Origin: the human T2T-CHM13v2.0 reference genome, Homo sapiens
Length of the DNA stretch: 64,000 nt
Strand: one strand, 5' to 3'
NCBI RefSeq assembly: GCF_009914755.1
Contig: NC_060932.1
Below are positions 52,978-64,000 of this stretch, piece after piece. Position 1 is the stretch's first letter; each line of letters begins with the position of its first letter. The notes under the pieces were generated by a model. It was not told where the DNA came from and ran no database searches. It saw only the letters and a list, made by a program, of their open reading frames with translations. The translations under genes were made by a program, and so were the position numbers.

Positions 52978-53686
52978 TGCTATAGTTTGAATGTTTTTGT
53001 CCTCCTCCAAATTACACATTGAAATTTAATCTCTAATGCAACAGTATTTGGAAGTGGTTTTTTTTTGTTTTGTTTTGTTTTGTTTTGTTTGAAAAAGAGT
53101 TTCACTCTTGTTGCCCAGGCTGGAGTGCAATGGTGTGATCTCAGCTCACCACAACCTCTGACTCCCGGGTTCAAGTGATTCTCCTGCCTCAGCCTCCCAA
53201 GTAGCTGGGATTACAAGCATGTGCCACCACGCCTGGCAAATTTTGTATTTTTGGTAGAGACAGGGTTTTCCATGTTGGTCAGGCTGGCCTCGAACTCCCA
53301 ACCTCAGGTGATCCACCCACCTCGGCCTCCCAAAGTGCTGTGATTACAGGCATGAGTCACCATGCCCGGCCTGGAGGTGTGATCTTTTGGGATGTATTTA
53401 GGCCCTGAGAGCTCCACCCTTATGAATGGACTAATGCATCTTAAAAGGGCTTGCAGGAGTAGATTTTCTCTTCTGATCTTTTACCATTTGGGAACACAGC
53501 ATTTGTCCCTTTTTTGCCCTTCTGCCTTCTGCCATGTAAGGATGCAGCAAGAAAATCCTCATCAGCTGCCAGTACCTTGATCTTGGACTTCCCAGACTCC
53601 AGAACTGTGAGAGGATAAATTTTTGTTCTTTAGAAATTACCCCATCTATGCTATTTTGTTACAGCAACAGAAAACAGACTAAGGCA
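52978..53686 (+). mobile_element. MST (MSTC/D-like) MaLR LTR nested in the ERV, interrupted by an Alu
   Basis: tgctatagtttgaatgtt...ttggacttcccagactccagaactgtgaga...aacagactaaggca. Confidence 0.87.
53058..53371 (-). mobile_element. Alu (AluSq-like)
   Basis: gagtttcactcttgttgcccagg...gtgcaatgg diagnostics; TSD tggaagtg / tggaggtg. Confidence 0.94.
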
Positions 53687-56670
53687 TTCCCATACTCACA
53701 CCCACACCTACACTCACACACTAAAATGCACGTACATACACATAAACATATGCTCACTAGGCCAAGAGAGTAAAACAATACTACACCTTAGATGGAATGA
53801 AAAAGACTAGTATGGTATCACCTTCAAAGACTTAAAGGATGCAGGGTCATGGTCCCCATCATATCCCCATATAAGCCATCAGCAAAATTAGATGACTCCT
53901 GGCAGATAACAATGGACTACCATAAACTTAACCAAGCAGTAGCCTCAACTGCAAGTCTTTTTGCCAGACATCTTCAGTAGCATAGATGTGCACAGCCTCC
54001 AGCACTTAGTATGTGGTTTACAATGTGATGAATACATTTTTTTCAGTCTCTCTCGAGGAAGATCAGAACAAGTTTGCATTCACTTGCCATACATAACTGT
54101 ACATATGAATGGTTTTGCCCAGACCTATTTAACTCTTCTGCTCTCTGTCACCATACAGTTCAAAGGAACCATCTTTTTCTCAACATTCCACAGAACATCA
54201 GACGGGCCTATTATACTGATAGCATCATAATAACAATTCAAATGAGCAGGAAATGGCAAGAACTCAGAAGTCCTGGTAAGATGTGTGCATCAGGGGTTGG
54301 AGATAAGCCCTACAAAGACTCAGAGGCCTGCCACATCAGAAAAGTTTTTAAAGGTCCAGTGGTATGGGGCATACTGTGGTATTTCTTCCAAGATAAAGAA
54401 GAAATCGTTAAACCTTGAACATCCCATCTTTAAGGTAGTGGCTTCATATTTGGTACCTTAAGACCTGGCAGATTCCAGGATGCTAGCAATATCTGAGATA
54501 GATGACAATGTTTTGAGGAGTCTTGGTGAAATTAAGCAGGGGAGTTACAGAACAAAACCCTAGGATTCTAGAGCAAGACTGAACTATCTACAGAAAAAAA
54601 AAAAAAAAAAAAACACCTCACCATTCAAAAGGAGGTTTAGGCATGCTATTGGGCTGTAGTAGGGACTAATCACCTGACCATGGGATATCAAGGAACAATG
54701 AGACCAGAGCTGTCCATCATGGTCTGGGTATGTTTAGACCTGCCAAGTCATAAGTTGTGTGGACACTGGAGAATTCCACCATTTAATGAAAACAGCATAT
54801 TCAAGATCAGTCCCTAGCAGGCCTAAAGGACACAAACAGGTGACCCAGATCTCATGTCACCTACTTATGTTGCACCAATGTGTTTCCTTCAGCTCCTGGT
54901 TGTAGGGAGTTCTCTATCACCAGCTGATGGAGAAGGAAAACCTTGGGCCTACTTCACAGATAAGTCAACTCCATATTCCGGTTGAACCCAAAAATGTACC
55001 ACTATCTCCCAGTAGCCTGCTGCAAGGGTAGCCCTGAAATTCAGCAGTGAAGGGAAATCTTCCCATTGGAGAGGGCCTTGAACACTTGAACTGATCCCCA
55101 ACCTGATGTGGCGGGAGAAGGGCCCTGAGGTTACGACAGTCACATACCCACAAGCAGTAGAGAATGGCTTAGCTGGCTATGGTCAAGAGCCTGGAAAGGG
55201 CAAGATTGCAAAATGAGGAAAAATGGGGTGGATCATTCTCATTGTCCACTAGAGAGCATTCCCACAGAGCAGGCATTGAACAACCAAACAGACAGGATCC
55301 TGAGGATGTCAGCCCACTGCTGCCCTTAAGCGCCCCAGTGAATGAAGCTTTGATAACAGGTAAGGAGGCCATGAGCCAGACAGCATGGGCTTCTTCTTAC
55401 TGAGGATGGTCCAGTTATTTCCAGAGATTCATATGGTCCCTCATTCCCAATGCTGAGTCCTCAGTTTGACACCATCCCTCAAGGAAACCCTGCAGCCACT
55501 TCATGGCAAGTTGATGATGTCAGAATTCCTCACCCTGGAAAATGTGTTTTGTTCTTACTGCATTGACACATATTCTAGGAAAGGCTTTGCCTTTTGGACC
55601 TGCAGTGTCTTGAATAGAACTAGTGTCCAAGGGCTCATAGAGTATCTGGTTTACTATATGGGATCTTGCAGTATATCACTGTGGGCCAAAAGATGCACCT
55701 TGCAGCGAGAGAGGTGTGGCAGTCAGCACACAACCACAGGGCCCAGTAGTCCCGTCATACATCCAATACATCCATCTCTCAGAAGCCACCAATCTGATAG
55801 AGCTTTGGGTTGGCCTCATGAAGGTTCAGCTAAGCACCAGCTTGGTAATAACATCCATGGGGTTGGGACACTAGTCAAGATGCAGCATACTGTTTGAACT
55901 AATGACTACTTTGTGGTGTTGTATCCCCAGTGACTTAAATACATGGGTCTGAAGACCAAGGGCTGGCAGAAGAGGTAGCCCTTCTTAGCACCATTCCCAG
56001 TGACCCACCGGAGGAATCCATGCCTCTTGTCCCTGCACATTTAGGATCTGATGAACCTGATTCCAGGGTCGGGGGGAAATACCTGAAGCAGGAGACACAG
56101 TAAGGGTTCCTCTAATCCTAAAGTGAGGGCTGTTCCCTGGTCATTTTGGGGTCCTCATGCCAGCATACCAGCAAGCAAAGAAAGAAATTATCAAACCAGG
56201 AGGGGAAATTGACCTGATTCCATGAGCAGTTAGGATTTCTGCTACATCATGGGGGCAGAAAGGAACAGGTCTGGAATTCAAGAGATCTGCTGGGGATGCT
56301 GCTTTGTGCTTCTGCGCCCAGGGATAAGCATGAATGGGCAACTCTCTCAACCAACGGCCTGACAAAGTCACAGTAGCCAGGGGCTCAGCCTCTCAGGGAT
56401 AATGGCTTGGTCCATCCCACCAGGCAAGCAAAATGTAGCAGAAATGCTGGCTGAGTGCCAGGAGAATGTAGAACCAGTTGGTGGTGAAAGAGCAACATGA
56501 TGATTATCACTTACAACCTCAGAATCAACCACAGCAGCAAAAACTTCGTCTCACTAGCCCCTTAGTTGTCTTTTTTATTTTATTAGGATCGGTCACATTT
56601 GAAAGAAACAGTCAGGTTGCAGTCAGGTTAACTGGGCCATGAGGGAGTCTGAGTAGTGCAAGGGGAGGAT

Positions 56671-56870
56671 CAGAATAGACGCTGTCAGTTCCCTGTCCAT
56701 ATCCCCTGCACACTTACCGTTCCAGTACACACCAACAGCATCCCTACACCTGCAGCTCTCCCCCTAGAGCTCGCCTGAAGTGCTGGGGAATCAAGGTACC
56801 CAGAGGTGTTGATATGAGTGGGATGCTGATGATAGGAAGGTGAGGGAGGATTCACACTGGGTTTCCTCAG
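56671..56870 (+). mobile_element. Truncated 3' LTR (LTR16-like)
   Basis: agacgctgtcagttccctgtccatatcccc matches the 5' LTR start agatgctgtcaatgacctgtccatatccct. Confidence 0.7.
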
Positions 56871-56879
56871 CCTTCAGCA

Positions 56880-56965
56880 TGATGTAATCATTTCACAATA
56901 CACATATATATCAAAATACCATGCTGTACACATAAATAAACATAACTTTTTGTCAACTAAGAAAA
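56880..56965 (+). mobile_element. Old L1M 3' terminal fragment
   Basis: taatcatttcacaatacacatatatatcaaaataccatgctgtacac...ttttgtcaacta. Confidence 0.7.
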
Positions 56966-58516
56966 TATTTGTTAGGTTACAAACTCCCAATAGGGAAATT
57001 TAAAGCACCCTGAGTTTGATATCTGGGGCTCTCCTTGGTATCCCTAAAATCACACCACAGACAGCTACAACTCACCTATGCCTAAAACACCTTTAGGGAG
57101 CCTTTGAGAACTCATGGCTCATGGATCCCAGCAATGCAAGAAGATCCCACCCTAAATCCAAACACAGAGGGAGGGGATAGAGGGAAACCCTTGAGGAAAT
57201 GAATCAAGAAGCAGCGAGGCACCAAGAAGGAAGAAACCAAAGAGGAGGCGACAGACTAAGGGCTTGAGGGGAGAGAAAGCCAGGAGAGAAACTACACACA
57301 GTCACCCACAAGCAAACAAAACCTGCACATACACACAGTCAAAGGAGAAGCATCAGCCGAGACCACAGATGAAATTTAAAGTTGTTATGGCAACCAGAAC
57401 AGGTGGGTGGGCACTTATGCCCACCGAATTTACAAAATTAAAGTAAGCATTGCATTTGCTAACTAATTAAATAATGCCTTCTAAATATTTCTAAACCCCC
57501 AGCCATGAGTCACAAAAGAGGGCAGGGAATGGGAAGCCAGAGCTCTCATTCATTTACTCCAGGGTCTAGAGAGCTGCCTCACAGGGTGGCTCTTACTGAG
57601 GAAGGTGGGGGCTGAGAGGGTCGGGGACTAGCAAGTGGGGGTGGCAGAGACTTGAGGACATCCCTTTGGTGACAGCAGGAAAAAGCCAGTTTTAGGCAAA
57701 GAGTAAGCAAAGACTCAGAACTCTCCCTTGAAGCCTCCCAGAGGACAAGTGACAGAGGCAGAGCCGGCCCACCATGTGTGTCCTCCGCCCCAGCCATTCT
57801 GCAGTGCCCTCTTTCCCATCCAGAACCAGGGCTACGACAGAGACATGGTGGGTAACAACTGGATCCCAGGGGGTTGCAGACACCAAAGCCCACGTCTCTG
57901 CAGAGACATCGGGAAGCTCAAATAATCCACTCAAATAAGGCAGCTGGCTGGAGGAGACAATTCGTTCAGATGTGGGGGGCGGATTGGTTTATTTTTAAGA
58001 AATAAAAGGAAAAGCAGCCTCTGCTAGGAATCAGATGCGCCATCTTAGCTGCTCTTCCCTGGGGAAATAAATTACACATAACACTGTACACAAACACAGC
58101 TCCACACACAAACCCAGCTGGCTGCGCTGTAGCACTTGTCTTCCTGGGGAAATAAATTCCAATGTCTATATATCTCTATCTATAGATACATGCACAGAAA
58201 AGGTCACACCATGTCTCCTTCAGTGCCCCTTTCACTTGAAATTAAACAATAATTGTTTCCGTGTTTAGTCTCCTGCAAAGGGAAATCATCACTGGAGTAG
58301 CTCACCTAAACACACAGGCATCGCAGGCCTTCTTGTTATGCCCATGGGCAAAGTAAGGCAGGAAACAGAGCACCAGGATGCAGAGATGTGGGTGGCATGA
58401 GCATCCCAGGAGACCCTGGTGCAAAGAACCCAGCCAGTGCCTGGGGACACATGAGTCACCCCACAGGGAGCTGAGGCTGCTCTGACGTTTTCTGTTTCCA
58501 TGTTAGTGGTGCAATG

Positions 58517-58521
<5 letters not shown>

Positions 58522-58569
<48 letters not shown>
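58522..58569. repeat. (TG)24 microsatellite
   Basis: Pure run seen directly. Confidence 0.97.
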
Positions 58570-58570
<1 letters not shown>

Positions 58571-60639
58571 CCATCCCCTCAGGACAGGACAGGTCTTCAG
58601 CTTTCCTTCCACAACTGCAACCAGCCCAGCTTACCACTCTAAGTTCCACTGAATTCAAAAGCTTCAGAGCTAGAAGTAGTCTCATTTTACAGAGGAGAAA
58701 CTGAAGGTCGGAACTGGTGACAAGGATCCATGTAATCTCCGTGAGGGCAGGGTGATGTGTCTTTTGTTTCCTGTTATAAAATGTACCTCTTATGTGAGAA
58801 AAGAAGGGAGGGAGGAAAGGAGCAGGGAGGGAAGGAGAGAAACACTGTGTACCCTGTCTCCTTGTGTGCTATTCTCTCTCCTAAATCTGAAGCCTCCATC
58901 AGGGTGAGCCACAGGACATAGCAGCACCGTGTCAGGGGCTGTAGCAACTGCAGGGTCATGCTTAGATCCTGAGTGGAGTCGGAACTGTGGTCTTGGTGGC
59001 ACCAGGGCGTGTAGCAGGAATCCATCCAATCTGGAGGCCTCTCTCCTCTCCTGTTCATGGAACCACATCCTTCAAGCCCCCCAGTGCATGACCCTCCCTG
59101 ATCACTGCAGCCCCTGCTGCTGCTCACTTCCAGAACTGCATCCATCTGCTGCCAATCGGTGCCTTAGAGGTGCCAACCCCCTCTCCCACGCAAGTCTATG
59201 CCTTACAAGAGACCACTGGTTGGATGTTTGCGGGTGTACACATCCAACCATCCAACTCATCTCTCCAGCAAGAGTGTAAGCATATGTCTGGACTGATGCT
59301 GCATGCATAGAAAGCCATCAACAAATGCTTGGTGGGTTGTTGGATTGATGTGTGAACCAAGAGAAGCAGAGGGGATTTCTGGAGGACGGAAGTCGGACCC
59401 TAAGAAAGGCTGCTGGGAATACCCATTCTGGTTCTGCCATGGGTGTCTGCTCTGATTTCACGCCTTAAACAGCTTCTGGCATATCCAGATTTGCAGCATG
59501 GTTTTAAAACCATCATAGTCGCTTCCGCTTCTGCTCAGGAATCCCTCCAGGCTTCCTTTCTGCATATATGTCTAACGTCCTCTGGCACCGGCTCCCCCAG
59601 CCACTTCTCTGCCTGGCTGTGCTTCCTGGCTCCTCTTCTCACATACCCTGTTTGAATTTGGCTTCAGGTGGCTCATCTTTCTTGGACCTGGGAATCTGCT
59701 GGGACGAGGCCGCCAGTGGTTGCTTGCATGGCTCCAAAAGTTGACACTTGGGACAAGCACTTCACAGCCTCCATCCTATGCCTAGAAGCCAGGATGCAGT
59801 CAGGCAGAGACCCCAGAGCCCCTAGCCCCTCTGCTCAGGGGAAGGATATGACCATCAGGACAAAGGTTCATTTGAGTAGGGAAATGGGAGAAACACCAAG
59901 CCCTTGGCATCCAGGCCCGAATTATGTGGCCCCTGCAGGCCCCCTTCAGTCACCCCAAGGCTGCTAGCCTCAGCTGTCTTGGCCAGGCTGACTGAGTCCT
60001 GGTGGGGAGGGCTGCTCTTGCCTTTTTGCCGGCATGCTCATTCCAGTCAAACTAGGCCTGTCCTTCCCTATCAGCTTCTGGGTCAAGTCCCCAGGGAAGG
60101 GGGAAAGGAGAGGTCAAGACACAAGAGGAGATGTCACTTCTCGTCGAAGTCTAGTGCCAAAAGCAGGGAGGAGGGCTGCCTTGACAAGCCCTAACACTGT
60201 CATTGTTGCCTCCCGTCCCTTCCAGGCTCACACGGGTGAAGAGTGGGGGTGCATGAAACAGGCACAGTGGGGCAGCCTGTCACTTGCACACTGGCTATCT
60301 GGCATGAGCCAAGTCCAAGGTTGTATCTCATGACAGAACCGGACAAGAACCAGGTGGTGGGCGGTCCATTCATTCCATGAATGTTGCACATCAGCTCTGT
60401 GTCATGCTCTGAGGCTAAATGGGGAGCAAGAATGGCCCAGTCCCTGCCCATAAGAAGCTCACTGTCTAGTAACAGGCCTCAGCAGTCCTGTGTGACAGAC
60501 ATGTTGAGGAGGGAAGGACAGGGTACAGTGGGAGTCACGGGGGAGGGCAGAGGAATGCTGGCTCCTGGAACATCAATGCCCATAGAACAAGGGGGCAGTC
60601 AAACACTCAGCAATGCTGCATGGGGGCTACAGGTGTGAG

Positions 60640-60850
60640 CTTGGGAGGAGCACAAGCCTGGGTCTAAATTCTGGCTCCACACCTACTAGCTGTGTGGCCT
60701 TGGGTAAGTAGCTTAGCTTCTCTGTGCCCCAGGTTCCTTCTGTAAAATGAAGGTGGGAAGATAAAAGTCCCTAAGTCACAGGGCTGTGGCGAGAATTAAA
60801 TAAGAAAGTGACCTAGCCCAGAGTGAGCTGCCAGTCAAGGTCAGCTGCTA
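60640..60850 (+). mobile_element. MIR
   Basis: cctgggtctaaattctggctccacacctactagctgtgtggccttgggtaagt...ctgtaaaatg. Confidence 0.82.
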
Positions 60851-62060
60851 CCATTGTCATTCTTAATAGTATGTTATTACTGCTGAGCACAGTAATAGCC
60901 ATAGTAGTGGTAGCTGCTGCGGTTGTCATTGTTGTAACCATTAGCACCTGCGGAGTCTCAGCTGCTCGCAGTTGCTCCAGACCAGGGCAGCCTGGGTGAG
61001 GTAGTAGGGAGCAAGGGTGAGGGACTAGGAAGGCCACTCTTCTACAACCCTCAGGGCACTGGAGAAGCCGTCTGGACGGGGTCTTTGGCACAAGGAACAA
61101 TATGGGAGCCCAGTCACCAGAGAACAAGGTCAGAGTCAGATTAGCTTGTAGGGTGATAATCTGGAATGACTTAAATCACTCCCTCCTGAGAGACATTGAG
61201 ACATTGACTTGCTAGGGGGCTAAGAGGCCCCACCTATGGGAGAAGGGAGGGGACAGAGACAGAGCCCCTCTGAGGAAAGAGGGCATTTGCAGGGCATGAC
61301 CTGGAGACGGGAAGTGGCCACCAGCATCTTGGACCACAGTCTTGGCAGGGACCATCTGTTCCAAAGCTCTTAACCTGTTCCCACTTTGGAGCAATTCCAA
61401 AGTCTGATTAATGTCCTGGATCTTCTCTCCTCCAGAAAATGCAGGTCTTATATTTTGAATAAAAGGTCTATATTGTGTATAGAAGTCCAGGCTTGAAGGA
61501 CTTCCATAAGGTCTTGTACAATAGGAATTCCTCCAGGCACAGCACACCCGCAGCCAGGGGACATCCACAAAAATGCTTACCTGTGGTACCAGTAACAAGA
61601 ACACAAATGGCTTGCTGGGTGCCCACACCGCATGTCTCCTGCCACTTTCTGAAGAATGACACCAAGGCAGCAGATATTACGGCCCCCTTGAGTGTGGAGA
61701 TATTCAAATGGCCTGTGGTCCATGTTCACTCAATGATCTGCCAAGGCCTGTGGAGCCAGGCCTGTCTGCGGCAGACACTGCAAGGGATACGGGATCAGGT
61801 GAACCCTCAAGGCTCTCACGGCTCATGGGGAAAAGCAAACATAAACACAACTAACCCCAAGCTACGGCACAGGACAGCAGGGGTCCCCCAGAGAGACAGA
61901 TGGATTCTACAGGAGAAGAGAGCAATTCCACTGGGGGGTTCCCAGGGGCAGGATGACAGAAGACTTCCCAGAAGAGACCCTGATGCTTGAATCAGATTCC
62001 AAAAAGCATAAAGTTTTGTTGAAAGTAACTGTAGCAGAATTGCCAGGAACTCTACAGGAC

Positions 62061-62392
62061 TTTTTTTTTTTTTCTTTTTTTTTTTTTTTGAGACGGAGTC
62101 TCGCACTGTTTCCCAGGCTGGAATGAAGTGACCCGATCTCGGCTCACTGCAACATCTGCCTCCTGGATTCAAACGATTCTCCCGCCTCAGGCTCCTGAGT
62201 AGCTGAGATTACAGGTGCCCGCCACCAAGCCTGGCTAGTTTTTTTGTTTGTTTGTTTGTTTGTTTGTTTTTTAATGGAGATGAGGTTTCACCACATTGGC
62301 CAAGATGGTCTCAAACTCCTGACCTCAGGTGATCCGCCCACCTCAGCCTCCCAAAGTGCAGGGATTACAAGTGTGAGCTACCGTGCCTGGCT
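62061..62392 (-). mobile_element. Alu (AluSx-like) with (TTTG)n expansion in the middle linker
   Basis: Full dimer; TSD ctcta(c/t)aggactttt at 62050-62064 / 62393-62407. Confidence 0.95.
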
Positions 62393-64000
62393 CTCTATAG
62401 GACTTTTGAAGAGACAGGGTGCACTAACCACATTTTCTAGTTTCCGCATTCGATGCTTTGACATCTCGGGGCCTTGCTGATACTGGAGGGCTGCCTCTCC
62501 CAGAGCTAGCAAATTCCTGGAGAGAGCGAACCAACCAATCCAGAGTCCACTCCTTTACCACTTACCCCTATCATCTTCTTACACTTCACTCTGGACCTCT
62601 CTCTACCTGGCCGACTCACCCCAGGGCCAGGGACCAGACAACTAGGGACAGTCCCTGTGCCACAGAGCTGCTGTAACTATTCAAACTAGCCAGCTCTGGG
62701 CCTGAGCTGTCCCAGGGAAACCACTGTAAAGGCTCCTGGCCACGTTTTTCCCTCCCTTCTTCTGCCTTGCGACCACCCCTGGTGCTTCCCTTCTGTGGCC
62801 CTGCACGCTGGGCCTCCCTTCTCCTTCCTTCGTGACAGTCATTTCTGTGTCTGGGTCTCATACCATCTCTGACTAAACCCAATCCCAGGTACCCTTAAAA
62901 CATGGGTCTGCTTCCCTGAGGGAAGGAAGCCTGGTTGGGCTCTATCTGTAGATACCAATCAATGGAAGAAAGATGTCGATTTCTCCATGGGACCAACTCA
63001 TGAGTAGAGAGGAAACTGTAAGGAAGACAGGCCTAGCCCTGCCTACATTTCAGCATGGTGCAGGAAGAGAGTCCAGGGGATCTGCCAAAGACCTCTTCTA
63101 GCTGGGGAACTGCACCAAGCTTAGGGAGATTCCTAACAGAGAGCTCTAAAAGAGAAATCCCACTGGGTCCATTTAAAGGCAACCACGAAAGGCCAAAGTG
63201 TTCTGCTTGGGCATCTTCCTAGGAGGAAATGCCATCAAACAGTGAGGGTGAGGACTGGCCCCTCAGTGCCTATGGCGATCTCTGGCATCAGGGACGGCCT
63301 TGCTGTTAGCCAAATGTGTGCAGTTGAATCCCAAGACACAGGGCCGGGGGAGGCCGCAGAGTTAATAAGCAAAGAGACCCAATCTCTGGGGCCTGTGAAG
63401 AGGAGAGGGTTTTACCACTTCACCTGGCTGGAGGCTCAGGTATGTTGTTTCCACAAATCCCTGCAGGCCCCAGTGAGAAAGCCATGGGCAAGATGGGCAC
63501 AGGAAGGTGGTGGGGACAATGGGTTTGTGCAGGGGGCAGCCAAAAGGATTCCATGCCCAGCACCAGGCCTGACCCCCAGGGGCCACAGGGAGGGGAAGAA
63601 AAGGCCCTGTCTCCCCTGCCTTGCACCATGGTCCAGCTGGACTCGAAGGACAATCCCATGAAGTCAGCAGATGGAACAGAGAGCTGCAGGGCAAAGGCTG
63701 GAACACTAGGCCAGTCATGTTTCTCTAGAGTCAAAGCCACAGCGCTGCTTTTTCCCACTCCAGCCCCATAGCCAGGAAAAATCGGCCCCTTTGTGCTCTC
63801 CAGCTAGAGGTCACTGGGGCATCTCCTCCAAGGCTCTATGTTTGGGGCTTGGACCCAGGGCTTCCTGTTGCCTGGGAGCCATCTGGCTCAACAGATCCCA
63901 TTGTTTGGGATGGGGACAGGGCTGGAGGCCCTGGGGAAGCACCCAAGGTCTCAAACATTTAAACCGCTACATCCTGCAGCAGTGGCTGTGGCCTCACTCG

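Noticed and set aside
63420-63450. Splice donor-like cag|gtatgt as an exon end
   Set aside because: Isolated motif; no supported acceptor or reading frame. lncRNA exons cannot be called from sequence alone.

Overview
Primate, most likely human or great-ape, non-coding genomic DNA. It carries an AluY-type element and a young L1PA 3' end. I cannot place it on a chromosome or name a host gene. I find no supportable cellular protein-coding gene; ORFs in the track are chance ORFs or repeat-derived. Roughly half the window is interspersed repeats: MIR, L2, CR1/L3, Alu, L1, MaLR and ERV LTRs, hAT and Tigger MITEs, and an ancient ERVL provirus with both LTRs at 49.9-56.9 kb. Subfamily names come from recalled consensus sequences and need RepeatMasker/Dfam confirmation. 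The most interesting structures are: (1) a TSD-flanked, 5'-inverted, polyadenylated L1 3'-transduction hidden in an LTR (19897-20317); (2) a 28S rRNA-L1 chimeric retrocopy whose junction lies at the peptidyl-transferase loop (45651-46395); (3) short locally templated insertions or repair scars (4425, 7936, 42898); (4) a MER41 LTR with decayed tandem STAT1 sites, a perfect GAS site elsewhere and a nested MER1B; and (5) a five-level transposon nest. These are locus-specific examples of known mechanisms. I do not see evidence for a new gene system.
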